Origin: Tubulanus polymorphus
Taxonomy: Eukaryota; Animalia; Nemertea
Direction: 5' to 3'
Assembly: GCF_964204645.1 (NCBI RefSeq)
Contig: NC_134025.1
Location: 14,880,001 to 14,944,000 of the forward strand
Length of the DNA stretch: 64,000 bases
The notes below the pieces were generated by a model, which worked only from the letters and a program-made list of their open reading frames with translations, made no database searches and was not told where the DNA came from. Both the position numbers and the translations under genes were made by a program. This document shows positions 1-13,246 of the stretch, in pieces; positions within the stretch are counted from its first letter, which is position 1, and each line of letters starts with the position of its first letter.

Positions 1-414
1 ATATGAGTGTCTAGTATTTATTTATATTCAGATATCAGATCCTGCTTCATTATTGCCAATACAATCATTTGAATTGAATCAAAATCCACCAAGCGAGGTA
101 ACATATTACAATAATGCAATTTTGCAATAGAATTTGAAAAATTTTCGTTTTTCTTGATGAATTTTGTTCCATAGTTACACTAATAACAGTTGACGATAGA
201 GTTATGATTGCTTTAACAAATTTTTAGAATTACTTCTGTGTTTCAGCATTTTTCTGTCCTCGGAGAGCTGCTACATGCAAGATATCCTTTTAAAAACCTG
301 AATAAACCTGAATAAATTTGCAAGAAACTGAAATGAATTTAATTCAAAATATTTTATTTTAACTTTTGAAAATTAGTGAAAGATACTTATACTGTTTGAT
401 ATTATTTTTTTCAG

Positions 415-1689
415 GCTCTACCGGTGAACAATTCTTGTTCTTGTAGTACTGCGCTACAGACGTTGGAGTCGGTTATCTCACCTGAAATGAAAATACAATT
501 TGAATGTCGATACAATGAGGGATATGATGTCGCGGGAGATTCCCTGTATGAGGCATGGAAATCCCTGAAATCAAACGAAATTAACATTCATTCCAACATT
601 TTCAACAATTCATCATCGCCAGGTGAGACTCAAATGAAATGGGTTTGTTTGATTCAACTAATTGTTAGAACGTGAAATTACCTTTCTAATCTCATTTTCA
701 AGCTGACTCGGACAAGGATGTTTTAAAATATCCGATTGTGGAAAGTCGTCGCTCGAAAAATCGCATAGAAGATTCGAAACGATATTTCATCCTCACAGCA
801 GATGATGCCTATGCGAAAGCTCTCGACAAAAATCGGAAATAAGAAGAGAAAGAAAACAAGAAATTAGAACGACAAGAGAGAAATAAGAAATGTGCAACAA
901 GTGTAAGTTTCAGGGACAACCTCCTGTCGAGTTGTGAGTTCATTCATTTCCCGGTACATCGTGATGATTCTTGACCTGCTAGGTACTTAGTCTATAAATA
1001 TTTCAGGCGTCCTCAAGACCAGTGGCGTCACCTGTCGAGGAAAAAAAAACGAAAATCGTGTAGTCGAGGTAGACCTATGAAAATTAAACATTTAATGAAA
1101 TAAGGTTTTTTGGAATTTAAAATTGAGAAGGGCTACAATGTGTATCTGAATTTCAGGATCCTGTGAGTGTGCCTGAAACAAGTGGCGTGAACTTGATTCA
1201 CGAGATCAATATAAGGTAAATTACTACAAGCTTAGCTTAAAAACATGTAATAGGCCTACCTGGTTAATAGTGATGAATAATCTATCATTACTGGGTTATT
1301 ATCATTGAAGTGAAGGTTCATATGTAACCCTATACCAAGAGGGCCAGAAAGGCAGAAAGCACCTTTACTTCGGAGTGGTATGTTTCATCGGCTAAATTTT
1401 AACTAAAAAAGGAGAAATAGGATTCATGTACGGATAGTTATATATTCAACTATTTGCAGATTCTGGAAATATCGAATGACGGAGAAACAATATCGGTGCA
1501 ATTTTTGGAACAATATTGCAATAAAAATCTGTTCGTTGGCCGGACGTGGAGCTCAAAGAAGATCATCCGGTTGAAAATATCGTAAACAGCTTGGAACCAC
1601 CAGAAGTAGTAAACACAAGGATTCAGATGGTTTTCCGGGCTGCCGAATTTGTGAAAAGTTGCGATTTATTTGCTTGTATATGTACATAA
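415..1689 (+). pseudogene. Spliced C-terminal exons of a pogo-like transposase (stop codon and frameshift)
   Basis: AG/GT-bounded exons encode ALQTLESVISPEMKIQFECRYNEGYDVAGDSLYEAWK, ADSDKDVLKYPIV..YFILTADDAYA and ILEISNDGETISVQFLEQ. Each aligns to an exon of copy 2. Confidence 0.7.
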
Positions 1690-1793
1690 ATGTTTTACTG
1701 TACTGTTGATAATATATACACGTATTTGTTGTTAAGAAAAAAATCATTTGTTGTTAAATCATTAAAGTTATTACTGTTATTGGCTACGATTAT

Positions 1794-2003
1794 GGGAAAA
1801 AGTGCAGATCTGCACCTCTCCGCATAAACGGTTCAATCAATTACATTAAATAATACATAAAGTTTCAGATTCAAAATGTCATCAGCAATTCATACATTGC
1901 CATTGGTTAATTTTAATATATCTTCACTAGAAAGATTTAGCCTGGATACTGTCATTCAGTAGATTGCGTCAATCACGAGAGGTGCGGATCTGCACTTTTA
2001 CCC
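1794..2003. mobile_element. 210-bp MITE with 27-bp TIRs and a 6-bp TSD (GATTAT)
   Basis: GGGAAAAAGTGCAGATCTGCACCTCTC ... GAGAGGTGCGGATCTGCACTTTTACCC, with GATTAT at 1788-1793 and 2004-2009. A partial second copy lies at 16301-16441. Confidence 0.85.
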
Positions 2004-3335
2004 GATTATGTATGTATCTCTCTATTCTACAGTCGTAAGATGTTTTATAATATTTATTAGCCTACCGGTACCAGTAGGCCTATTTAGTTGTGCAATAAAA
2101 ATGTGCTGTTGTTAGTGTTTTGCCTTTAATAGACCTACATACATTCTCAGTTTTCCATTTTATTACCTTCTTATTTGCGGTTGCTGCATATCTAACGGTC
2201 CTCCTTTCAGGTGTGATGAATTTTAGGATCAATTTCCCAAGCCAAACATTCTTCATGTTTGCATGATTAAGCAGTCATCTCCCGTCACTTACAGTCTAAG
2301 CCAACTACCGTTTGATTTCCAACGTGACAACCATGTAGTTTGTATGACAGTTAAGATACAGTTTTGGTATCTAAAGCTTAGGTGTGAAAGATAACGGTAC
2401 ATCATCTATCTAATCCATCAAAATCCACGTGGAAACACCGTAATCTGGCAATCTTCCAAATCATTTCCGGGTTTGACTTCTGGGCACATCTATCCATCGC
2501 ATTGGGGACGGTGGGTAGCGTAAAGCCGAGGGAATATCGAAAATGAAAACCGGCTCGTGGTTTTTCTGAAACGTGCATGGAAATTCGAATTTTTCATGTT
2601 ATAAGCCATCTAATAGGCAATATATATTAAATATTAAACAAAATGCGATTTATGTTTTGTCTTAATTACCTAGACGAAAAACTCCCTCCAACGGCCATTT
2701 GTGCGGTTTTTGATGCTACCATCCCTAACAAATTGGTATAACCCATATCCCCCATAAACAACATGGTATCGCCCGTTTTCAATAGCATACAAGCTGTGTG
2801 TAAATCGGCGTACAGAGCATTTCCGAACTTATGTGTTAGGTTTCCGAATTTACGTGACCGCGGCTTCCGAAATTACTTCGGCATAAAAAACTTAAAAAAT
2901 CAGTGCGTTTATCTATTCAAACCAACAAAAAAATGATTTTGACAATAATTTGGGCAAAAAAGAAAAATACATATCGGAGCTTAATTGCCGATTACTGCTA
3001 ATAATTGACGGAATCCACCGATCAAAATCGCATTTCTATAAATGTATTCCGAACTTACGTGGAGTTAACCTATATGAAGAGGAACACAAGGTACTATTAT
3101 GATATCCAATCTTCCGCTGACGACGTAAGTGTTCTCAAAATGAGTAAAGACCGAGCCTTCTCATGGGTTCCTACCAATGTATGACAAGTTTCAGAATTCA
3201 AATTGGCCTATTTCTAAAGAAATTGGTGAAATTCTGTTGTCTCCAGTGGGAGCTCTGAATGTACTGGTTATATCGTGTGATATGGCTACACTGACAAATG
3301 ATGAGCCTTTTATAGTCGGCCTTTAATTGAAAATT

Positions 3336-3660
3336 TCATTTTTCGATTGAAAAATTGTATTCCCTAAAAATACTTACCTGTACTGACATAATAGCCAAGT
3401 TGCTTTAGACGACTGGCGCCGGCCATAAACGATTTTGAGAGTAAGCCAACCATCAGCTGGCGAAACCTACCCTACTAATCTTTGTTTTAGATAGACTCAA
3501 GATAGCGGGGATGGCTGGGAGGGTATATTCGGTATGTCAGTACAGGTAAGTATTTTTAGGGAATACAATTTTTCAATCGAAAAATGAGGTATTCCCGTCA
3601 AAAAACGTTCCCTGAACTGACATAATAGCCAGAATACCACAGAAAAGGATGGCTGGGCAT
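3336..3660. repeat. DIRS 3' inverted terminal repeat plus internal complementary region
   Basis: Perfect 55-bp inverted repeat 3336-3390 / 3533-3587. It is followed by a diverged direct copy (..CCTGAACTGACATAATAGCCA, ~3581-3631). Confidence 0.85.
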
Positions 3661-4131
3661 CTCAAAGTCGACGACCAACCAAGGTCTAAAATTGCTAAAG
3701 ATTTTCTACAATAAAAACATGGAAAACACTCACCCATTACAACAAATCGTGAGACCGGAGAGCTTACCATCCACGTCGCACAAGAAACCAAAGAGATTGG
3801 TAATTACGAGGCCAACCCTCTGTTTCCCGTAAAACTACAATAACACTATATACAATCTGCCCTAGTGCCAACAATTATAGCTTTCTACTGCTCAAAACAA
3901 AACAAAAATCGGAGTTTACGCAACCACCGAAGGATGACCCTTAAATTACTATCATCGATAAAACTATAAACAAAAAGAGCCATGCCTTGACCGCAAGGTC
4001 TTCGATTAGACCTACACGCATATACACACACACAAACCATGCGTGTGCGGCCCGAAGGTAATACTATGGTTTCCGTATCTTAATGGAACACTAATCTTGT
4101 AATACTTCCAAAACAACGCCACGACTGTGTA

Positions 4132-5200
4132 TCAATCCCCAGGACCCGGCAAAAACGGATCTGTGGGGACCGTATTACCAAACCATTTTGGGGGTTTTCT
4201 CAGCCCTTGAGCTAAAACCACAGGGCCCACTGCAGAGAGGCTACCTAACTGCCCCGAAACATCCCTCAGATAAAACGAGGAGAATGTGGACGGGCATGAC
4301 CAGAAAGCTGCCTTGCAAACCTGGTCTAGAGAACCTTCGGTGAAAACGGCCCAGGACGTGGCCAATGCTTGCACCTGGTGCGAAACCACCTCCTGAGAGG
4401 GCGGGGCACCTTCATGGTTTAACGCCTCCTTAATCACTGACGTAATCAACCTAGCCACGGAGTCCCTAGAAATGTCCTTCGAACGATCCCCCACTATCGG
4501 GAGAAATAATCTCTGGCTCTAGCCCTGTAATTGCTCGGTCTTTTCTAAATACCTCTTCAGGGAGCGCACTGGACACAACATCATGTCGGGTAAGTCTCCT
4601 GAGACCCTATGCCCCAGAGCTTCTACCCTCCACGACCTAGCCGCTGCTAAGGATTTCTGATTTCCGGACGAAGTATCACGTATCTATCCTCAGGCCCGAA
4701 AACTATATGGCCCGGTCATAGCCAAACAAAGCAAAAACACCGTCTTCCTAGTTAACCGTGACAAGGAAATCTCCCGTAACGGTTCATAGGGAGGACGTAT
4801 CAAATACTTCAGTACGACTGTAAGGTCCCATGGAGGAACCTCTCTCACCTTTCTGGGGCGAGCCACCGTGAACCCCGCAATCAATTGGGAAATTCTCGAG
4901 TCCGTGGAAACCTCCGGGACCCTGGCAGACCGATGCGTTTGTGAAATAGCCGATCGGTACCCTTTAATAGTCACCACTTGAAACCCCTTCTGATTAAACA
5001 GAAAATGAAAAAAGTCCGCTAGTTCTGCTACAGCGGGACGGAGAGGATCCACCTGTCTCCCAGAGCACCAATTGCGAAAAAAATGCCCACTTTGCATGAT
5101 AGACTGTCCCTGTCGAGGGTCTCTTGGATGCCAGAATAAATGAGGCAGGCCCTTGCGAAAATCCCTGATCCGCGAGGGATTGCTGGACAGTGGCCAAGCG
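4132..5200 (-). pseudogene. DIRS tyrosine recombinase (frameshifted)
   Basis: N-terminal TIKGYRSAIS and PPWDLTVVL..L..PPYEPL..LTRKTVFLL (ORF 4690..5442). C-terminal HQVQALATSWA..CKAAFWS..STF..FY (ORF 4132..4494). Confidence 0.85.
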
Positions 5201-5653
5201 TGAAGATCCAGGAAACTCACGTTGGGGTGAGACTTGAACCGCCCCTGGGATAATACTGTCGGAAACGTTGGGAGCCGACGCAGCTGACCGCACAGAAGAT
5301 TCAGAAGTCTCGGGAACCAAGTCTGAACCATCCAACAAGGTGCCACGAGGACCAAGACGCAGTTGCGCGCCTCCTCCACCCGCTCCAACACCCGATTTAT
5401 CAGGGGAACGGGGGGGATAAGCATAGGCATGAACGTTGTCACACTCTAGGGAGAACGCATCCATGGCCCATGCCCGGTTGTCTGGGAATGGACACACGGA
5501 TACTGGGCACCTGGTGTTGAACCTGGTAGCAAACAGGTCTAGATTGGGCCAACCTATCAGTGACCTGACTCGATTCGTTACCGGCTGAAACAGTGTCCAC
5601 TCTGTGGGAATCGGCTTGTCCCGACGCGACAACTGGTCGGCCACCACATTCAA
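5130..5653 (-). pseudogene. DIRS RNase H end plus DNA adenine methyltransferase-like domain
   Basis: NVVADQLSR, DLFATRFN, DAFSL..YAYPP, then PLINRVLERV..VLVAPCW..QTWFP across a frameshift. This matches the typical DIRS MT domain. Confidence 0.75.
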
Positions 5654-5695
5654 TTTTCCGGCTAGATGGGTTATCGAAAGCGAAATCCCCTGTGC

Positions 5696-7056
5696 CTAAA
5701 CCCATAGAAGGATCTCTGCGGTTAACCGCGTAAAAGTCCGAGACCTCGTTCCCCCTGATTCAAGAGATAGGCTTTGACCGTCGAGTTGTCCGTGGCCAAC
5801 CACACGTAGTGCCCGGACAGTCTCCTGTGGAAGAACTGCAATGCTTTCTGCACTGCTAACAACTCCAGATGGTTTATGTGCAAACCTCTCTCCCTCGACG
5901 TCAAGGCTCCCGACTTCCGAGAAGCCTCGAGATGGGCTCCCCATCCGTAAAAACTGGCGTCCGTGAAAAAATGAATCGGCGCCTTGAGTGGAGCTAAGGA
6001 CGTGCCTCTCAGAAGGTTGACAGTTAGAGTCCACCACATGAGATCCGCCACCAGGGCCGGTGGAGGCACTGGGAGAAGACCGTCCCAGCATTGATTTGAA
6101 TTCGACCAAGAACTTTTCCAAAACTGCTGTAGTGGACGACTGTGTAATCTGCCCAGCAGAACGACTAAGAATATCGAACTCATCTGTCCTAGGACCTGAG
6201 ACCAGTACCGCGCTGACTGGGGAATCCCCTGAGTCAAGCCGGATACCGCTTCTTTGAGTTTGTGTAACCTTGGTTCGGCTGGATAAACTAGACCGACTTC
6301 CAGGTCAAAGTACATCCCCAGATATACGAAACTCTGAGTGGGGACCAGATGCGACATCTCCAGATTCACCCTGAAACCCAACTGGTTTATTAAGGCCAAG
6401 GTTTTCTCCAACCCTTCCTGGCACTCCCTTGCCGAATCCGCCACCACCAACCAGTTGTCCAGGTAAACGAACAGACGTACCCCTTGTGACTGAAGGCGAC
6501 GCTGAACAGTTTTCACTAACTTTGTGAATAACCAGGGGGCTGCACTGAGCCCGAACGGAAGAGCGCAAAATTGGAAAGTTTTTCCTTGCCACTTCACCCT
6601 GAGGAATTTGCGGGACCTCAGGTGTACAGGGACCTGGAAGTAAGCATCCTTTAAATCTATCGAGGCAGCCCATTGAACGGGTCTCAACCCTTGAATTACC
6701 TCCTTGGACATGGTCATCTTGAACTTTGGACACTTGAGGAACTTGTTCAAGGACGATAGATCGATCACTGTCCTGAGACCCCCGTATGCCTTGGGTACCG
6801 TAAACAAACGGGAGTACCAACCGAGAGAGTTGGGGTCCTGAACTAATTCTAGGGCCTGTTTCTCCGACAGCTCTTCCACTGCCGGGAGGACATGGGACTC
6901 TTGCCCTTTCTTGAGTCTCATGTCCGGAGGGTTACGACACAGTCGTGGTTTCTTTTGAAACTCTAAGCGATACCCCGCAGAGACGATTCTGCTCTGCCAG
7001 GTGTCGCCAAAAACGTCGTACCAGTGGGAAGCGTAGTCCTGAAGACACGCCCCCAC
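5696..7056 (-). pseudogene. pol: DIRS reverse transcriptase-RNase H
   Basis: SIDLKDAYFQVP, LPFGLSAAP, YLDN (catalytic YLDD mutated), FTDASFYGWG, HINHLELLAV, TDN. Confidence 0.92.
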
Positions 7057-7077
7057 TAGCCGACCTTCAATGCTGCC

Positions 7078-8769
7078 CGACTTTGGGTTTCGGCAGAAAG
7101 GACTTCGCCTAAAGGGCTACGAATTCGGTCGCGTGGTTAAGTTTATCACGAGACCGAATTCGTAGCCCTTTAGTATTCTTAGAGTCGGACCCAGACCAGC
7201 CTGGTCTCCTAAACTGCGCCCTGGGTAGTTCCCCCGTCGAAGGGAGGCCTACTCGCCGAGTATTATTGTTGGATACATTCTTTTTCGGAATCCTGAAATT
7301 GGGCTTAGCCCTAGATTCCTCCATCTTTTGGACCTGCCCGAAGGCTTTCGAACCCCATCCCGAGAATAAGCGATCCGAGGTTCCTAATGGAGCCCTATAG
7401 AGACATGTCTTAATCGAATCGGGTAGTTAAGAATCTTTAAGGAAACTATGTATGCCTGACCGACAGGGCTAAATTTGCCTGAAGCCTAATAGCCAGGGGA
7501 ACCTGATGGCAGACAGCCCGGCTCATAGCCTGCAGCAGTCCCTCTAAAGTAACGATCCGATCTGCCATGTGATCCAAATCGGGATTATCCTGTGAAACCG
7601 AGTCCTTGACCGCCTCCAGCTCTCCATGCATCGCTATCAAACACGTATCCTGGAAGGACCCTATCTGAGCGACTCCCCTAAGGCCTGCATGGCATTAACT
7701 GCCTGTTTCGGGATATGGAAACTTAAGGGCTGAGAGGTTGGCAAGCCCAACTGATCTAAATCTGTGTCTATACGGCTGTGGCTTAAAAGACGCGGTGGGG
7801 TATTATAATAGACCGGCCTAAAACCCGGAATTTTCGGATCCTGGGGCGTGAAAAATCTTTTATGCGCAATTCCAAGGGTGGCCATGTCCAAGCCTCGGAA
7901 GCCCAGGCCTCACCCCACACAGCCGAGTCTAATGCTTCCTTCCATTTCGAAGCGTAATCGGGATGTGGAGCGAGAACCACCACATCCGGGTCGTCGGGGG
8001 CTTTAAAAATCTTCGCACAGGAGCCCCTTCGTTGGGTGACCCGAGGCTCAGGGACGGTTCCCCCATATTTTGAAAGAACGTCCGTAATGAGATAAGGCAT
8101 GTCACCCGTATTCCTCGCATCGTGCACATCAGATAGTGAAGGCGAGGAGCTCCTAGGCCTACGGCCTAAAACCGCAGCTGAACCCGACAAAAAGGTGCTC
8201 CGATTAGCCTGATCCTGAAAAGCCCCTTCTTTCTCGGAGGGCTCGTTTTCAAAATCGCTGACATTGCCTATCGACAATCGATCCCCGTGCTCCTCATCCC
8301 CTTCCGAGCGCGATTCGGGGTGGGGCTGTTTCCTGAGGGCGAGATTTTCCATGCTGGATTTGAGCTCTGAGTGTGTTCAACTCCGCTTTGAAAAATTCAC
8401 AAATCTGCGATAAATCCCTGTCCCCCGATGTTCCAGCGGACAGCGGCGGAGGTAGAGGCTGCGGAGTAGGATCCCTAGGCTGACCTTTTTGGCACACTGG
8501 GGACCTAACTGGTGATCGCGATCTAGACCGAGACCTACTACGTCCGTGTGCTCGAGACCAGTCTTTATAGGGACGATAATCCCATCAGGTTCTATGAACC
8601 CGACAGCTCGCAGAACCTGACCTACGTGACCGCCTACTAGTGCGACGTTGTCAGGAACGAGCCCTGTGGCCGTGGTGCCTCCCTCTGTACCTGCGGGACC
8701 TAAGGCCCTCGACAGAGGAATCCCCTGACCTCCATGACGAGGCATTCCCTGACGATGAGACGAAGTCAC
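7078..8769 (-). pseudogene. DIRS gag-like ORF1 fragments
   Basis: GC-richer, low-complexity, broken ORFs directly upstream of the RT. The call is positional only. Confidence 0.55.
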
Positions 8770-11700
8770 TTCTCAATGTTTATGTACCTACACGATTCCT
8801 TCGCTCCAGTCAATCAAAGCAACTAGTCCAGCCAATATCAAACCACAATTTTGACAAATTGTATTTATTAAATATTTAACCCCCCCTGGTGGCAACCCTT
8901 ACACTTACCATTGTCCACTTAATGATAACAGCACAACAAAACACGGCATGAATGGCACAAATATCCAACTGTTGTAGAGAAACGCAGGCTTCTGTTCAGT
9001 TCTCTTTGAGTCGTCGCTATCAACATTCGACACCTGCCTTCTCATAGATTGATAGGTTGCAAGCATCTAAAACATAGAATCGATGCATCTCATCTCATTA
9101 TAATATTCAACGTGCTGAAAGATTTTCGCCACATCGGCAATCTAAGTGACTAACAGCAAATGATACACACATACAGTGAAAGCTCGTTAAAACACCAGCT
9201 AGCACAGTGAAATGAAAGAGAGAATGAACTAGGGGTCCAGGGACACCATGCCCACTTGGGAAGTGGTTTCAAATGCTCAACAATCTAACAATTTCAATAT
9301 TCAACGCCCTCTGGTGGCCATATACAAAAACCAATGACCTTGAAATTTACCACAATCATAGAACATGTCAGCAGCTACGACTTGGTAATAGATTGTGATA
9401 ACCAAATGTGCCTCGTTACCAATTTAATATGGAAATACAAAGTTATTCTACTATCCAACGCCCCCTGGTGACCATATAGAATACATTTTGTCCTTAAAAC
9501 TCACCACAATCAGAGATGATGTCATGAGCTACAACTTTGCAATTGATTGTGGTAACAAAATATGCATTGGTACAAATATAATATAGAACTACTAAGATAT
9601 TGTATTATTGATATACCAGCATCTAATGTAAAATTTCTATTCTTTTCCAGCATGAAAAATGAAAAGGCACGGCCGATGTCTGCGTCTGAGAAACATAAAG
9701 AAACACGGAAAAGACGCATAGAGAAAGATCCAAACTTTCAAACAAGGGAAATATCGGGTCGGTCGGGCCCGAGAAACAGGGTTTTCTTTTGGTGTGGCCT
9801 AAGTGAGAGAAGTTTTCTCTTTGTCATCCGTGTGGGTCCCGTACCATACTCGCCTTTAAGTGACCCAGCAGTGCCTAGGTCACAAAAATTTTTCCTGTGG
9901 GATAAGATGTGTCTAACCTAGGTCTATGCCCGCTATGTAATCGCTCACTAAGGAGAACAAGTTGAAGATGTAAGTCCGACGATACAACTGATGAGCGTCA
10001 GTTGCTCAGCTGTCATCTTTAACCATGGGGTTAATAACGTGTGGGAATTCGGTGACACTGTCAAGGAGATATATTCCTTAGTAAACACCATACGGCGGAA
10101 GTATCCCCTTGTCCCGATTTTCCACCTTTCCAAAGGCCAAGTGCATGAGAGGCAAGCGTGAGACGGTTATCCCGATTGACCGTATCGATCTAGAGTCATA
10201 GATTTGTAGTCGGGACACCTTACTACAGTCAATACCCACTCTACAAAACCTGGCCTTTTGACTCTTTGCATCCCTGACTTAGTCCTGGTTCTGTGCAAGA
10301 ACTTTTTCTGTTGGCCCCTTACTTTTTCAGCGCTACTACAGAATCATCATACATCAGCTACCATTTGTATATAGACTGCAAGTCCCGACACGTGAGAAGG
10401 TATGGGGATGGCGGGGCCAACACCAGATATTGGAAAATGGCCAGCCATCTACCCTGCAGCGGTGAACCCTAGTCAACCTCGTGCTTCAGGAATGAATTCA
10501 GCGGGAGTGTAAATAATCATCTAGACACATAAGGACACTTTACTATGAGCATTGTACGTTATCTCTTGTGACCTTTTTGCGATGGAAACCCTACGCGTTG
10601 GACTTAATGTTATCGTGTTTGACTTATTGTATTGCGAAAGTTATTTTTGGTAGGCCTACTGAACGGTGTTTCAGTACACATTTTTAGGGAGGAGTGGTGT
10701 AACGGTGTGATTTCGACAGTATTATATCGTAATATATAGTGTATTTGTATTTGTAGTGATAAATGTTAACGATATGTGGCGTATCTATCGCTCTCTTGAA
10801 AAGAACCCATTGTCCTGGTGAGTTGTGTGTGATTCTATTGTCCCGGTTCAAGACTCTTTATTATCCCCTATAACAGCCGCGATTAACCCTGATATATCCA
10901 TAAGAATACCCCAAGACGACAATTGTTACACTCTTTCCAATGGTTGCATTGATTGACTAAATCCTGTCACATACCTATATAATCTATTGGCGCTATTGCA
11001 CTTTCGTACCCCTCCCAAATATTTTAATTTCTGCATATTTATTATCAGGGAGGTCTATGGATTCAGAATCAGTAACTTTCGACCGAAAAAACTTACATTT
11101 TCTATGTCAAATTTTTGATACTTTGGGCCCTAAATTGCATGTAAAATCACCTTTACGCGCAAGGATCGACGCCATATTGGATGCCAATCAAAGTTTCTAA
11201 CCCTTCACTGAATTGTCATGACTTTGAAGTTGCAAAAATCTTTGTTTTCAAACATAACCATTTCTTAAAATCACATGTATGTTTGCATTATTTTCATGTG
11301 TAGCTATTGATTTAAAGATGTTCTGATAAAGAAAAGTTACATGCCAAAAAAAGAAATTTTGTCAATTCAATTCAATTAAATTAACTGTGACTGTTCAGAC
11401 GTTTTTAAGTGGTAATTAGTTCGCCAAAATGGCCGATCCGTTGATTTGAATTGAAGAAATCGGCCCTATATCATCGGAATTTTGAAATGAAAAAAAAATT
11501 TTTTTTTTGGTCAGAAGTAATTAGGGTTTTCTGTTATATCACAGAAAACCCTATTGATATCCGCGTGATTATTATTATTATTATTTTCTTCCACACTATT
11601 TTTACTAAAAAAACAAAGGCTTTCTTACCTTGACGCTGTTGTCGATACAATCCGTCTGATATCATTCAGCTCACTTCGATCTACAAATACCTCGTGCGTA

Positions 11701-13246
11701 TTTCGAAGAATCATCGTTACAAAAGCACTGTCGGGCCGTAAACATCGAAAATTGAGCCCCATTCAAAGAGCCGACATGTTTTTCTAAGTCCTCTTTCCGA
11801 AATCTACTGCACGTTTCTTGTCACATCGATTATCAATTCAAGAATAAATTAACAAATTTATTACCCCACATTCTGTCGCGGTTTTTAAAAACTAATTTTA
11901 ACAATAGCCCATTTTCCTCATCAAATCGTATTACCGATATACAGGAAATTTACTACTTTAGATTTTAAAAGCACTGTCGAGCCGTAAACATCGACGAATC
12001 GACGTGTGTCACTACATCGTCGTTCCGGGGATCAGCTGCAATTTTCCCCTCATCTTTGGAATCAAATCGAGTACAAATTAATTTATTACTACCAGTGATT
12101 TGGCTGCGGGCGTCATGCAGTTAGTTTAGCAATACCTATTTTTCTTTATCAAATTAAGCGTGTATTTACTAAGATAAATCATAAGTGTACCGGGGAGTCG
12201 TAGGCCTAAACGAAACCATCCTCGCTTGCCAGGGGTCCGGTATCACACTCCCGAACTCGCTTCCACCAGCCCCCTGGCCTCACGAAGCGTGATTTCATTA
12301 CTAGCGCTGTTGCGCATGACGTCATATATCGATTTGCGAAATACTTCCTTGTTCAGTAAAACGTTCGCTGATTGGTCCATTTAATGGGAAAACCAATAGA
12401 ATCGTTTGTTACAAGCGCTGTGATTGGTACGACCGGATTCTGGTCGGCTAGTAACGACTCCAACGACTCGTGAGGTCAAGGGGTTCGGCGAACAGCTTTA
12501 GTGTAGTGGGTTCGAATCCCTTGACGGGTGAAGATGAAACGAAACACGCCGAAGAGATATAGCGGAGAAAAGCTGTTATGTCGACGAGGTATCAAAATAA
12601 AATAATATATTACTTTATTCGGCCACGGGCTTCTACCTCTATATCAATACCATCAATACTCTATATTTCCTACAGTACATACCGATCATTGTCAAATGCA
12701 CAAGTTATTTACTAAATAAAAGTATATAACACAATCCTTTCCGTATGCTGGACTCACACTTGACATTCGGAGTAAGCGTTCGCTGTGGGGGAAAGGGATC
12801 GTTCGCTGTGTCGCTTGATTGAAGTGTTTATCGAGTTTGACGCGGCTTTAGGCCTACCGGTACTGAGCTTTACTGTCTCAAACAAACACAGAATAATTGT
12901 TGCGTTTATTAACGGACTCATTGGATTGAACTTCAAAACAAAATTTACGATATTTAGGTGGGTTGTTATTCAATAGGCCTACCTACGACCAATCTGTCCG
13001 GATGTTAGGCCTACGCATATACATAGGCCTACATAGCCTAGTAGCCCCTACTAGGTTAAGCGTTCGCTGTGGGGGAAAGGAGATCGTTCGCTGTGTCGCT
13101 TGAAGTGTTTATCGAGTTTTATGCGACCTTAAGGCTTTAGTATGGTGGCTGATAAGGGCCATGCGTAAAAAAAAACACGTATATGCAAATGAGGGCGACA
13201 TTATGACAAAACGACAAAACTAAAATAACGCGACAAAACAATAATT

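Larger units (their letters stand above)
1..3070 (+). mobile_element. 3' part of an intron-containing pogo/Tigger-like DNA transposon (copy 1)
   Basis: Exons are homologous to copy 2 (25395-26838). The right end TTCCGAACTTACGTGGAGTTAACC|TA (3047-3072) matches TTCCGAAATTACGTGGAGTTACCC|TA (28193-28218). Subterminal TTCCGAA(A/C/T)TTA repeats lie at 2820-2880. Confidence 0.7.
3336..8770 (-). mobile_element. DIRS1-type tyrosine-recombinase retrotransposon, degenerate, 5' ITR not seen
   Basis: Gag-like, RT, RNase H, methyltransferase-like and YR coding segments occur in DIRS order on the minus strand, with an ITR/ICR structure at 3336-3660. Confidence 0.92.

Noticed and set aside
3370-3380. U1 snRNA gene
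   Set aside because: Only the 11-nt 5' match is present, inside the DIRS ITR, with no U1 body.
9800-10480. Possible RTE-type LINE 5' region (WKIGT) on the minus strand
   Set aside because: The motif is too short and the reading frame does not continue.
12500-12525. tRNA (GGTTCGAATCC B-box; also reversed near 27650)
   Set aside because: No cloverleaf could be built. At most these are SINE remnants.
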